DNA of 64,000 bases from Candidatus Stramentimicrobium fermentans (GTDB taxonomy: Bacteria; Atribacterota; Phoenicimicrobiia; Phoenicimicrobiales; Stramentimicrobiaceae). This document shows, one piece after another, positions 10,967 through 20,911 of this stretch. Under the pieces are notes generated by a model. The model was given only the letters and a program-made list of their open reading frames with translations, was not told where the DNA came from and ran no database searches. The number at the start of each line of letters is the position of its first letter. Within the stretch, counting starts at the first letter, position 1. The stretch covers positions 10,171-74,170 of the forward strand of contig JAAYOB010000005.1 in assembly GCA_012520575.1 (NCBI GenBank), read 5' to 3'. A program made the position numbers and the translations under genes.

Positions 10967-11038
10967 TCCTCGGTAGCTCAACGGTGGAGCATCCGGCTGT
11001 TAACCGGAGGGTTGTAGGTTCGAATCCTACCCGAGGAG
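10967..11038 (+). tRNA. tRNA-Asn (anticodon GTT)
   Basis: Cloverleaf by hand: acceptor TCCTCGG/CCGAGGA, D stem GCTC/GAGC, anticodon stem TCCGG/CCGGA with loop CTGTTAA, T arm GTAGG-TTCGAAT-CCTAC, discriminator G. CCA is not encoded. Confidence 0.88.
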
Positions 11039-11051
11039 CCTGACTGACCAT

Positions 11052-11087
11052 AGACAGAACCTCCTTAGTGGGGGTTCTGTCTATTTC
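11052..11087 (+). terminator. Hairpin after tRNA-Asn
   Basis: AGACAGAACC (11052-11061) pairs with GGTTCTGTCT (11073-11082), followed by ATTTC. The T-tail is weak. Confidence 0.5.
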
Positions 11088-11399
11088 ACTTATAATAGAC
11101 AGGGCTATACTAGATTTTATCTTCGATTTATTAACAGTGATTTTTTAATAAAAGATTAAATGAATTTACTTTCGTTCCAAAAGGGTTCCTTCGTTTAGGA
11201 GATTTTTCAGGCCATTAGTGTAGGTTTGTAGCTTGTCCAGGCTGAAGACAATTTTGGGAGGGGATTATGTCTTTTCTTCAGGAAAAGTATTTCTTGGTGA
11301 TAAGGATAAAATTGGGGAAAAGTCAAGATGAATGAAGCACCCTGCGGCAAGCTACAGGGTGTTTCGCTATATCTTAATATTTAATAAGGAGTATAACTT

Positions 11400-12608
11400 A
11401 TGAGTTATCAGTATCATAAAAAAGATGAATGGTGGGTTAGTCCCTATAACTTTATTGATGAAGTTAGAGAACAAATAGGCCTTTCCTTACCGATTCAAAT
11501 CCACGATGCTACACTCAGAGACGGTGAACAGACCCCTGGGGTTGTATTAACTAAAGATGAGAAAATAAAGATTGCCAAGGGTCTGGATAAAGTGGGCGTA
11601 GAAAGGATTGAAGCAGGTATGCCGGCAGTATCAGAAGAAGATGAGAAGGCTATTAAAGAAATCAGTAAGTTAGGTCTAAAATCCAAAATATTTACTTTTG
11701 CCAGAGCCCTTGAAAAGGATATTGATAAAGCAGTTGAATGTGGGGCAGATGGAGTTGTACTCGAGATACCCATTGGATATCCTAAACTAAAATATCAGTT
11801 CAACTGGACTTGGGAAACCGTGCTGGAAAAGAGTGTAGATATTATTAACTATGCAAAAAAAGCTGGTCTTTATACTGTTTATTTTCCTTACGATACTACC
11901 CGTGCTAGAGAAGAGGACATAGAAAATCTACTAACTAACCTTATGAAAAATTCCAATCCGGATTCCATTGGTGTTGTAGATACTATGGGTTGTGCACTTC
12001 CCGAAGCTATTCAGTACCTAGTTAAAAAATTTAAAAGATTAACAAACTTACCTGTAGAGATTCATACCCATAATGATTTTGGCATGGCTGTTGCTACAGA
12101 AATTGCCGGCATCAATGCCGGTGCTCAGGTGGCACATACCTGCATAAACGGTCTTGGAGAACGAACCGGTAATGCGGCTTTAGAAGAAATTATTACATCG
12201 CTTTATATGCTGCTTGGTATCAAAAATAATTACCAGATTGAACAGCTGCTTCCACTAAGCCGATACATGCAAGATATCACGGGAATTGAATGTGCTGATA
12301 ATAAACCTATTGTTGGCAAAAGGAATTATACAAGAGAGTCAGGAATAGGAGTTGATCTGGTTGTTAAAAATCCTTTAGCCATGTTTGCAACAAATCCGAG
12401 TATCTTTGGTCGAACCGGTAATGTTGTACTTGGCAAGAAGAGTGGAAAATTATCTGTTATCTATCATTTAGAGAAATTAGGTATAAAAAATGCAAGTGAT
12501 GAGAAAGTGCTTCAGATATTAAGTAAGGTAAAACAGCTTGGTATACAGAAAAAGACATTGATTACGATAGATGAATTTAAGGAAATTGTTGAGCAAATAG
12601 GATTATAG
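11400..12608 (+). CDS. HMGL-like pyruvate carboxyltransferase family enzyme (short 2-isopropylmalate / citramalate / homocitrate synthase-type, no LeuA regulatory domain)
   Basis: IHDATLRDGEQTPGV, HTHNDFGMAVA, NGLGERTGNA catalytic blocks. 402 aa. Isolated from other leu/ilv genes. Confidence 0.7.
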   Translation: MSYQYHKKDEWWVSPYNFIDEVREQIGLSLPIQIHDATLRDGEQTPGVVLTKDEKIKIAKGLDKVGVERIEAGMPAVSEEDEKAIKEISKLGLKSKIFTFARALEKDIDKAVECGADGVVLEIPIGYPKLKYQFNWTWETVLEKSVDIINYAKKAGLYTVYFPYDTTRAREEDIENLLTNLMKNSNPDSIGVVDTMGCALPEAIQYLVKKFKRLTNLPVEIHTHNDFGMAVATEIAGINAGAQVAHTCINGLGERTGNAALEEIITSLYMLLGIKNNYQIEQLLPLSRYMQDITGIECADNKPIVGKRNYTRESGIGVDLVVKNPLAMFATNPSIFGRTGNVVLGKKSGKLSVIYHLEKLGIKNASDEKVLQILSKVKQLGIQKKTLITIDEFKEIVEQIGL

Positions 12609-12626
12609 CAATACAATACCTACATG

Positions 12627-12657
12627 CTTTTAATTATAAGCGAGTTATAATTAAAAG
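12627..12657 (+). terminator. Perfect 13-bp AT-rich hairpin after the HMGL-like gene
   Basis: CTTTTAATTATAA-GCGAG-TTATAATTAAAAG. No clear U-tract, so it could be a terminator or an element end. Confidence 0.35.
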
Positions 12658-12849
12658 TTGTGGACAATAGGATGAAAAAGCATATCCTTAATGGAAGGTA
12701 CAAGTTAACAAAAATATTTCCAAATAAGAGAGGATATGTTTAGAGAACAGTATATATAAGAAAAGGACTTTTGCGCAGAAAAAAGTGAAATCTGGTCACA
12801 ATTAGAGCAGCTGGATATAGTAAGGAGTCCGTATGATGCTGCAATAGGC

Positions 12850-13125
12850 TCTGGAATGGGAAGAAGATTTCTTTACCTTCTATGATTTCCCAGCTCTGCA
12901 CTGGATGCATATCCGGACGACTAGCCCAATAGAGTCAACTTTTGCCACCGTACGTACGGACCAAGTGCTGCGGATCCCGAAAGGCAAATCTGAGCATGGT
13001 TTTCAAACTTACACAGGAGGCTGAAAAAACTGGCGGTGGATTTGGGAATATTAAATGATTCTACTTGTTGGAGGGTAGGAAATTTCAGTATGGAGAGCTG
13101 GCGGAGAAAGCAGTATAATAGTTAA
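12850..13125 (+). pseudogene. Relic of the C-terminal part of an IS256-family (Mutator-type) transposase
   Basis: Hand translation gives WEEDFFTFYDFPALHWMHIRTTSPIESTFATVR, then after frameshifts ...CCGSRKANLSMVFKLTQEAEK and ...LLEGRKFQYGELAEKAV. These match conserved IS256 transposase C-terminal blocks but are broken by stops and frameshifts. No N-terminal part or IRs were seen. Confidence 0.6.
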
Positions 13126-13698
13126 TATTCCAAAGAATGTGAATTTGTCTATCCACAAGATTTGACAGTATCTGATTATATGCTTTAGGAATAATTTATC
13201 TGGAACAGCTTTTTTGTTAAGGAATATATTTTTGTTTGGATATAAGTCTTTACAACTCATTTAATCTGCAATGCAATATATACGGCATTATGACTAACAA
13301 CAAATATCGTTACGATTTTAGCAATCCGAATAAATCAAATCATGATAAAAGTCCACTTTCAATCTCCAATTTTTAATATTTAATTAGTGTAAGTTTTAGT
13401 GGGTATTTCTTAGATTACACTTAATAGTGAGTTAATAAAAAAGGTAGTTTAGAGCAAGGTAAAGATACCGGTATTATTATTTTAAGCAAAGGGCTTGAAG
13501 TAGATTTAACCATATAATAAAAAATCCCTGCTACGTTTAATTTAATTCTGATATACTAGTAATATAATTGCTTAGCCCAGCGGAAGCTTCCCCCGGTAGC
13601 CGGTAAGAGTAGGATATAAGATTATTAATAGCTATCCGTATTTATCATACTATAATAAAAGGTCAACATATTTCAAAATAAGAGAAGGCAATCAATAA

Positions 13699-14385
13699 AT
13701 GTTACCCTTACGGGATGAAATACCGACGAAAAGAGTTCCAATAATAACCATAATAATTATACTGTTGAATTGTTTGGTCTACTTCTATCAATTTTTTATG
13801 ATAAAGGACCTGCATTACTTTGTTTATTCCTATGGATTAATCCCCTATGAGATTACTAAAGGAGTATCTTTAGTTCCATCTGTCTCCACTCCTATTCAGT
13901 TAACAGTATTTTCTTCTATGTTTATGCATGGTAGTCTTGTACATCTCGCCGGTAATATGCTCTACCTCTGGATTTTTGGCAATAATGTGGAAGATTTTTT
14001 AGGGAAATTACGTTTTATTATTTTTTATGTTCTATCAGGTATTTTTGCGGCCTTAGGGCAAATAATAGTCAGCCCTAATTCTACCGTACCAATGATCGGG
14101 TCAAGCGGTGCTATAGCCGGGGTTTTAGGTGCTTATCTGATTCTTTTCCCCAGAGCCAGAATAACTACCCTGGTATTTTTTGGGTTTTTTATTAGACTGG
14201 TGAAGTTACCGGCAATATTTTTCTTGGGACTCTGGATTATTTATCAATTCTTATACGGGTTAACCGAAGTATCATTATCCGGAGGGGGCGCGGGAGTTGC
14301 CTGGTTTGCTCACATCGGCGGCTTTGTCGGTGGGATAATTTTAATCAAACTATTGAGTCCCAGGAAAAATTATTACTCTCGGTAA
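13699..14385 (+). CDS. Rhomboid family intramembrane serine protease
   Basis: Polytopic membrane protein with HLAGNMLYLWIFG, catalytic GSSGAIAGVLGAY and AHIGGF blocks. Confidence 0.85.
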   Translation: MLPLRDEIPTKRVPIITIIIILLNCLVYFYQFFMIKDLHYFVYSYGLIPYEITKGVSLVPSVSTPIQLTVFSSMFMHGSLVHLAGNMLYLWIFGNNVEDFLGKLRFIIFYVLSGIFAALGQIIVSPNSTVPMIGSSGAIAGVLGAYLILFPRARITTLVFFGFFIRLVKLPAIFFLGLWIIYQFLYGLTEVSLSGGGAGVAWFAHIGGFVGGIILIKLLSPRKNYYSR

Positions 14386-14578
14386 GAATAACTAGCTAAA
14401 TATAAAATATAAAACTATATAATCTCTTTGCTATTTATCGCTTTTTTGCCTATTTTCAGTAATTGAGATATAATCTCTATACATATCTGTTTATCCTGAA
14501 AGTCCCCTCTAAAGGTAATCTTAGGATTTTTTTGATAAATAATACTATTATTGGTAGAACAAAACCAGAAAGGAAAAA

Positions 14579-15265
14579 ATGAAAAAGGGGTATTTTGTCA
14601 CATTGGAAGGATTTGAAGGCTCAGGGAAAACTACTTTGGCTCATAAATTATACCATATCTTTTTAAAGAATGGCTTTCATGCGCTGGTAACTAAGGAGCC
14701 GGGTGGAACTTCAGCAGGTGATAAAATCCGTAAAATATTATTAGAAAGAGAGAATGAAGGTTTGGGCTATAAGGCGGAATTATTGCTGTTTGCGGCCTCC
14801 CGTTCCGAAAATGTTAGAATCAATATTAAACCTGCATTGGAAAAAGGCTTAATAGTAATATGTGATAGATACTTTGATTCTACCATCGCCTATCAGGGAT
14901 TTGGGCGTGGAATTGATATGGATATAATCGAATACCTTAATAGTATTGCTATAGAAGGAATCATTCCGGATTTAACCATATTTCTGGATGTAGATACCGA
15001 AATCGGCTTAAAACGCGCTACTACCCTCAGTAAAAGTACGGAATTACGTTTTGAGGATGAATTTCTGCAAAAAAAAGAAGTAAATGGTAAATTATTCTTA
15101 GAAAGGGTCAGAGATGGGTATTATCAGATTGCACGACAAAACCCTGATAGAATAAAAATAATTGATGCCAATCGCGATATCTCCTTGATATTAAAGGATA
15201 TCATTGGTCTAATTGGCACGCATCTTTCTCTTAAATATAAAAAAGAAGTTATTTTAAACCTTTAA
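14579..15265 (+). CDS. tmk: dTMP (thymidylate) kinase
   Basis: P-loop LEGFEGSGKTT, DRYFDSTIAYQG block. tmk-holB synteny. Confidence 0.9.
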   Translation: MKKGYFVTLEGFEGSGKTTLAHKLYHIFLKNGFHALVTKEPGGTSAGDKIRKILLERENEGLGYKAELLLFAASRSENVRINIKPALEKGLIVICDRYFDSTIAYQGFGRGIDMDIIEYLNSIAIEGIIPDLTIFLDVDTEIGLKRATTLSKSTELRFEDEFLQKKEVNGKLFLERVRDGYYQIARQNPDRIKIIDANRDISLILKDIIGLIGTHLSLKYKKEVILNL

Positions 15266-15301
15266 AATAATTGAATACAGGTTAGTTCATTAGTTCTTAT
15301 T

Positions 15302-16210
15302 ATGATTAATTTCGATGCTGTAGTTGGGCAGGAAAAGCCCATTCAAATACTAAAAAACTTAATAAGATTTGGCAGAATAGGACATGCCTATCTTTTTACC
15401 GGTCCGGAAGGAACCGGGCGAAAAACGGTGGCTATAAGCTTTGCTAAGGCTGTAAACTGTCTTAATTTGCCTGAAAAATATGATCCATGTAATTATTGTT
15501 CAAACTGCTTGAAGACTGAAAAAGGTATTCATTCTGATTTCCATACCATTTCACCGCTTAATTCAGTAATTACCATAGAGCAAATTAGAGAAATAAAAGA
15601 GACAATTTATTGGCGTCCCTTAGAAAACAGAAAAAAGATATTTATTATAAGTGATGCTCATAAAATGACCCTCGCTGCCTCCAATTCTCTCTTAAAAATA
15701 TTAGAAGAACCACCCTCTTATGCGGTATTAATCTTGATTACCTCAGTGCCCGAAAACCTTTTACCTACCATTCTTTCCCGTTGCCACAGAATTTCTTTCC
15801 AACCCTTAAAAAAGGCGGAACAGAAAGAGATATCAAACAGAATGGGCCGGGGTTCGGAAGAAAAAAATAAATATATAGATTGGGTTTTAAAGGCAAAATC
15901 GGAACAGCCGTTTAGCTATTTTTTTTCTACCGGTGAAAAAGAAATAAAAGACATCACAGATTCCTTTTTAGATTTTACCGAAGTAATGATTCTCTGGTTT
16001 CGGGATATACTCTTTCTACAGTTAGGGCTGCCGCAGAATACCTTATCTTTTCCGGAGAGGATTGATAAGATAAAAGACTTTGCCCAATTTTATTCCGAAG
16101 AAAGGATAATCGCTATTTTAGATTATTTGACCCAAATACCTGAAAAGATGGAAAAATATATTAATCCCAAAATATTATTAGAAAACTTTATTTTGCAGAT
16201 AGGTGATTGA
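15302..16210 (+). CDS. holB: DNA polymerase III subunit delta'
   Basis: HAYLFTGPEGTGRKT, Cys-rich zinc module CNYCSNC, SRC motif (LSRCHRISF). Confidence 0.85.
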   Translation: MINFDAVVGQEKPIQILKNLIRFGRIGHAYLFTGPEGTGRKTVAISFAKAVNCLNLPEKYDPCNYCSNCLKTEKGIHSDFHTISPLNSVITIEQIREIKETIYWRPLENRKKIFIISDAHKMTLAASNSLLKILEEPPSYAVLILITSVPENLLPTILSRCHRISFQPLKKAEQKEISNRMGRGSEEKNKYIDWVLKAKSEQPFSYFFSTGEKEIKDITDSFLDFTEVMILWFRDILFLQLGLPQNTLSFPERIDKIKDFAQFYSEERIIAILDYLTQIPEKMEKYINPKILLENFILQIGD

Positions 16211-17100
16211 CAATGCCCAGTGTTATTGGAATTCAGTTTCGGAACTCGAATTTTATTTATTATTTTACATATGGAAAGCATGTTTTAGAAATAGGTGACC
16301 ATTGTGTGGTAAAAACTTCCTTAGGATTGGATATAGGAAAGGTAGCAACACCGGTCTTGTTTCTTGAACCGGAAGAGTTAAAAGAGCCTCTCAAAAGGAT
16401 AGTTCGTAAAGCGACAAAAGCTGACATCGATAAATGGATGCAAATTCAGGCTGATGAACAAGAAGCCCATGATGTTTGCCAGGAAAATATCAATAAATAT
16501 CAATTAGATATGCACCTTATTCATAGTAAATACCTGTTTGATAAAAGTAGGCTCATTTTTTATTTTTATGCTGATAATCGTGTAGATTTTCGGGAACTAG
16601 TTAAAGACCTTGCATTACAGTTAAAGACTAAGATAGAGCTAAAACAGGTAGGGGTAAGAGATAAGGCAAAGATGGTAGGCGGGTTGGGTATTTGCGGAAG
16701 GCCTTTATGCTGTACCTGTTTTTTAAATGAATTTAAACCGGTTCCCATTAATGTGGCTAAAATGCAGAGCGTAGCTTTGAACCTTTCTAAGATTTCAGGT
16801 ACATGCGGGCGGTTGAAGTGTTGTCTGAATTTTGAAGCACAATTCTATGCAGAAGAATTAAAAAAATACCCCAAACTGAATAGCCACATAAAAAATAATG
16901 AAGGCAAAGATGGGAAAGTAGTAGAAGTTAATATATTGAGCAGATATATGATTATTGAAACATTAGAAAAAGAGGATAATGAACATATTAAGAATAGGGT
17001 TAAAATTCCTATAGATGAATGGGAAAAGAGTTATACTCAGATAAGAAAAAGAGAAACACAAAATGCAGAAAGTAAAGCTACACCCGAGAGAGATAGTTGA
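16207..17100 (+). CDS. PSP1 domain protein (YaaT/RicT-like)
   Basis: PSP1 core with Cys cluster GICGRPLCCTCFL...GTCGRLKCCLNFE. Conserved position after holB. ATG at 16213 is the probable start. Confidence 0.8.
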   Translation: MTMPSVIGIQFRNSNFIYYFTYGKHVLEIGDHCVVKTSLGLDIGKVATPVLFLEPEELKEPLKRIVRKATKADIDKWMQIQADEQEAHDVCQENINKYQLDMHLIHSKYLFDKSRLIFYFYADNRVDFRELVKDLALQLKTKIELKQVGVRDKAKMVGGLGICGRPLCCTCFLNEFKPVPINVAKMQSVALNLSKISGTCGRLKCCLNFEAQFYAEELKKYPKLNSHIKNNEGKDGKVVEVNILSRYMIIETLEKEDNEHIKNRVKIPIDEWEKSYTQIRKRETQNAESKATPERDS

Positions 17101-17752
17101 ATCGTTAGGTCCATACCAATTGAAGGTTATTCAGAATAAAGATAGTTACTGCTTTTCTATCGATTCTCTTTTGCTGGCTCAATTCATTAAGATTAAAAAC
17201 AAGGAAAGGGTAATAGATTTAGGCACCGGCTGCGGGATTATCCCCCTCCTGATCTACCGACCCCAAAAAAATAATATTATTTACGGAATTGAAATTCAGG
17301 AAAAGCTGGCCTCTTTAGCCAAGAGAAACGTATCTTTAAATAACTTAGAGCAAGATATTTTTATTCTGCAGGGGGATATAAAAAATCTGAAAGAAAATTT
17401 CTCTGGTGAATATTTTGATATCGTTACGGTCAATCCCCCTTATATCCCTCTTGGCAGAGGGAAAAGTAGCTCTGATAATGAACAATTGATAGCCCGGCAT
17501 GAATTGAATATTGATTTAAATGGACTCATGAAAATAAGCAGCTATCTTTTAAAAAAGGGTGGCAGGCTATATTTGATACACCGGGCAGATACGCTAATTT
17601 CAATAATCACTACCTTAAAAAAGTACTGTCTGGAGCCAAAAATATTACAATTTATTTATACCAAAAAAGGTATGCAGGCCAAAAGATTTCTTTTGGAGGC
17701 AAGAAAAGAAGGAGGAGCGGAGCTTCAAGTTCTGCCTCCCCATTTTTTATAG
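17063..17752 (+). CDS. SAM-dependent methyltransferase, tRNA1(Val) m6A37 (TrmN6/YfiC)-like
   Basis: VIDLGTGCG SAM motif and NPPY catalytic tetrad. Overlaps the end of the PSP1 gene by 38 nt. Confidence 0.7.
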   Translation: MQKVKLHPREIVESLGPYQLKVIQNKDSYCFSIDSLLLAQFIKIKNKERVIDLGTGCGIIPLLIYRPQKNNIIYGIEIQEKLASLAKRNVSLNNLEQDIFILQGDIKNLKENFSGEYFDIVTVNPPYIPLGRGKSSSDNEQLIARHELNIDLNGLMKISSYLLKKGGRLYLIHRADTLISIITTLKKYCLEPKILQFIYTKKGMQAKRFLLEARKEGGAELQVLPPHFL

Positions 17753-17971
17753 GTGCGAAAATATTAATCTGAAAAAAATTAACAATAATATATAAAATAA
17801 GTACAGCATTTTTAGTTTTTTGTTCGTAGAAAGCGTTTTGTTAAGCTGAAAACCAATTCTTACGATAGTATATTATCATATTCGCAACTAAAAAATATTT
17901 AAAATACTTGCTTAATATTAATTCCTTAATGACTGAAAACTATAAACTGATAACTTTTCTAAAAGGCTTTT

Positions 17972-18841
17972 ATGGAAAAAAAAATCGGCAAACTATATAT
18001 TTGCGGTACTCCTATCGGTAATCTGGAAGATATTACCTTGCGTTGCCTGGAGACTTTAAAGAAAGTAGACTTAATTGCAGCAGAAGACACTCGTCATACC
18101 AAAATATTGTTAAACTATTATCAGATTGAAAAACCGATTATCAGTTACCACGAATTCAGTTCCCAAAAGAAAACCGAATACATAGTTCAATTACTGAAAA
18201 AAGGGCAGGATGTTGCTTTAGTATCGGATGCCGGAATGCCCGGGTTAAGTGACCCGGGTTATGTGATAATTAATAAAGCCATAGAAAACAATATCTCTCT
18301 TATACCTATTCCGGGAGTTTCGGCACTGACCGCCGCACTGGTAGTTTCGGGCTTTGCTATGCATAGTTTTGTCTTTGAGGGATTTGTTCCCCGAAGAAGA
18401 GCGGATAAAGAAAAATATTTTACCAGGTTAAAAGAAGAGCACAGAACTATAGTTTGCTATGAAACCCCGCATCGTATAAAAGATACCCTTCTTATTATTA
18501 GGCAGATATTGGGGGACCGAAGGATTGTTTTGACCAGGGAACTAACCAAAATATTTGAAGAAATAATAAGGGGAACATTAACGGAAGTAATTGATTATGT
18601 TAATTCCAAAGAGATTAAAGGTGAGATAACTCTGGTTCTGGAGGGACTACCGACCCGTCGGAAAAAATCAGTTTCTTGCCTCAAAGATGGCCCGGCAGAG
18701 GATAATGAGTTAATAAAAAAGATTAATAATTACCTAAAAAAAGGATACTACCATAAAGACATTGTATCTTTAATCGCTGTAGAGTATCATATTCCTAAAA
18801 AGTGGGTTTACGAAAAGATTTTAGAATTTAAAGATAAATAG
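17972..18841 (+). CDS. rsmI: 16S rRNA (cytidine1402-2'-O)-methyltransferase
   Basis: LYICGTPIGNLEDIT, AAEDTR, SDAGMPGLSDPG blocks of the tetrapyrrole-methylase-fold RsmI. Confidence 0.9.
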   Translation: MEKKIGKLYICGTPIGNLEDITLRCLETLKKVDLIAAEDTRHTKILLNYYQIEKPIISYHEFSSQKKTEYIVQLLKKGQDVALVSDAGMPGLSDPGYVIINKAIENNISLIPIPGVSALTAALVVSGFAMHSFVFEGFVPRRRADKEKYFTRLKEEHRTIVCYETPHRIKDTLLIIRQILGDRRIVLTRELTKIFEEIIRGTLTEVIDYVNSKEIKGEITLVLEGLPTRRKKSVSCLKDGPAEDNELIKKINNYLKKGYYHKDIVSLIAVEYHIPKKWVYEKILEFKDK

Positions 18842-18908
18842 ATTTAATAACAAAATCAAAGAGTAAAATATTTAAAAAATCATCTGGGGAAAGGATGCAA
18901 AATTAATC

Positions 18909-20870
18909 ATGGACAATAAGAAAAAAGCCTTTTACATTACCACTCCTATTTATTATGTGAATGATGTTCCGCATATTGGGCATGCCTACACTACAATTGC
19001 GGCAGATACCATGGCCAGGTTTAAAAGGATAACCGGCTTCGATGTCTTGTTTGCTACCGGCACTGATGAGCATGGACAAAAAATTGCCAAAGCAGCCGAG
19101 CAGCAGGGAATGACCCCCCTGGAACTGGCTGATAGCGTAGTGCTAAAATTTAAAAATCTCTGGCCTATCCTAAATATTAAACCGGATGATTTTATACGTA
19201 CTACTGAGCAACGGCATAAATTAGTAGTTCAAAAAATATTTGAACGTTTATACGAAAAAGGAGATATTTATAAAGGTGAATATGAAGGGTGGTATTGTGT
19301 GCCCTGTGAAACTTTTTGGCCGGAAAGTCAGGTAGAAGGAGATGTCTGTCCTGATTGCGGCAGACCGGTGGAAAAATTCCATGAAGAAAGCTATTTTTTT
19401 AAGATGAGCAACTATCAGGACCGTCTATTGCAACATATTGAATCTCATCCTGATTGCATCAAACCAGAATCAAGAAAGAATGAAATTGTTAGTTTTGTAA
19501 AGCGAGGATTAAAAGACCAGAGTGTTACCAGAATTAAAACTAGCCTCAATTGGGGAATTGATGTTCCTTTTGATTCAAACCATGTAGTTTATGTCTGGTT
19601 TGATGCCTTAATTAATTATCTCACAGTAGCCGGTTATGGTGTTAATGAGGATAAGTTTAATTTCTATTGGCCGGAAGTGATGCATCTAATCGGTAAAGAT
19701 ATTTTAAGGTTTCATACCATTATCTGGTTTACCATGCTGATGGCGGCAGATATTGAGCCCCCTAAAATTGTCTATTCCCACGGTTGGTGGACTATTGAAG
19801 GCGACAAAATGTCTAAATCAAAAGGGAATGTGGTTGACCCTTATCAAGTTGCCGAAGAATTTGGTGCCGATGCCTTTCGTTATTTTTTATTGAGAGAACT
19901 CTCCTTTGGCCAAGATGGGAATTATTCTCGACAATTGCTCATTCAGAGGATTAATTATGATTTAGCCAATGACCTGGGTAATTTACTCAGCCGTACTATA
20001 GCTATGATTGTCAAGTTCTGTAATGGGAGCATCCCTGTTCCATCGGCAAGTACTGAATTGCTCGATAGCGAATTACAAAATCGGGCTGAAGAAACGGTGG
20101 AGCAGGTTATAGAAAGTATGGAGCAAGTATCTTTTAACCTTGCCTTAGAGAGTATCTGGTCATTGGTCAGAAGAACCAATAAATATATAGACCAGACCGA
20201 ACCATGGGTATTAGGTAAGGATACGCACAAAAAGGAAAGATTAGAACAGGTGTTATATAATCTTGCTGAGTCATTACGGATAATATCTATTTTAGTGTAT
20301 TCCTTTATGCCTGTAACGGCTCTGAAAATGTGGGATCAGTTAGGAATTAAAGAAAACCTGGAAAATATGAAGATACCGGAACATGCTAACTGGGGGATTC
20401 TGGAACCTGGCACTAAAGTCAATCCCGGTGCTAATTTATTCCCCAGAATAGAGGAAATGAAAAAAAGTACATCTGCAGAAAATGCAGAAAGAAAGGATAG
20501 CGTAGGGAGAGTAACTATGGAAGCCGATAATAAAAATAATGAAGTACCAACCATATCTATGGAAGAATTTCAAAAATTGGATTTGCGAGTAGGTAAAATT
20601 ATCTCAGCAGAAGACGTCCCGGGAACTAGTAAGCTATTAAAAATAGAAGTTGATTTTAAGTCTGAGACCAGAACCTTAATTGCCGGTATAAAAGGATTTT
20701 ATCTGTCCGAAGAACTAATTGGTAAGAATATTGTAGTAGTATTCAATTTAGAACCTGCCACTATTAGAGGCATTCGCTCGCAAGGAATGCTTTTAGCCGC
20801 GTCAGAAGGGGAACAGGTTGTTCTTTTGACTACCGATAAAGAAATATCTCCGGGTAGTAAAATAAGATAG
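18909..20870 (+). CDS. metG: Methionine--tRNA ligase with C-terminal tRNA-binding (EMAP/Trbp111-like) domain
   Basis: HIGH variant (PHIGHAYT), KMSKS, CxxC...CxxC knuckle, C-terminal LDLRVGKI...GIRSQGMLLAA OB domain. Confidence 0.95.
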   Translation: MDNKKKAFYITTPIYYVNDVPHIGHAYTTIAADTMARFKRITGFDVLFATGTDEHGQKIAKAAEQQGMTPLELADSVVLKFKNLWPILNIKPDDFIRTTEQRHKLVVQKIFERLYEKGDIYKGEYEGWYCVPCETFWPESQVEGDVCPDCGRPVEKFHEESYFFKMSNYQDRLLQHIESHPDCIKPESRKNEIVSFVKRGLKDQSVTRIKTSLNWGIDVPFDSNHVVYVWFDALINYLTVAGYGVNEDKFNFYWPEVMHLIGKDILRFHTIIWFTMLMAADIEPPKIVYSHGWWTIEGDKMSKSKGNVVDPYQVAEEFGADAFRYFLLRELSFGQDGNYSRQLLIQRINYDLANDLGNLLSRTIAMIVKFCNGSIPVPSASTELLDSELQNRAEETVEQVIESMEQVSFNLALESIWSLVRRTNKYIDQTEPWVLGKDTHKKERLEQVLYNLAESLRIISILVYSFMPVTALKMWDQLGIKENLENMKIPEHANWGILEPGTKVNPGANLFPRIEEMKKSTSAENAERKDSVGRVTMEADNKNNEVPTISMEEFQKLDLRVGKIISAEDVPGTSKLLKIEVDFKSETRTLIAGIKGFYLSEELIGKNIVVVFNLEPATIRGIRSQGMLLAASEGEQVVLLTTDKEISPGSKIR

Positions 20871-20911
20871 ATTACCGCTGCTCAAGTCAGATAAAGAATA
20901 GAGGAAAAGGT

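Noticed and set aside
12672-12743. 23-codon ORF MKKHILNGRYKLTKIFPNKRGYV, faintly reminiscent of Hanks-kinase N-termini (L.GRY.L)
   Set aside because: Too short, and the match is a single loose motif. It cannot be distinguished from chance without a database search.
13051-13260. 69-aa minus-strand ORF in the IS-relic region
   Set aside because: It lies in decayed non-coding DNA, has no homology signal by eye, and partly overlaps the transposase relic on the other strand.
17840-17960. CTGAAAAC / GAAAC-ending words that resemble CRISPR repeat termini
   Set aside because: There is no regular repeat-spacer periodicity anywhere in the window. The words belong to the tail of the dispersed intergenic repeat family.
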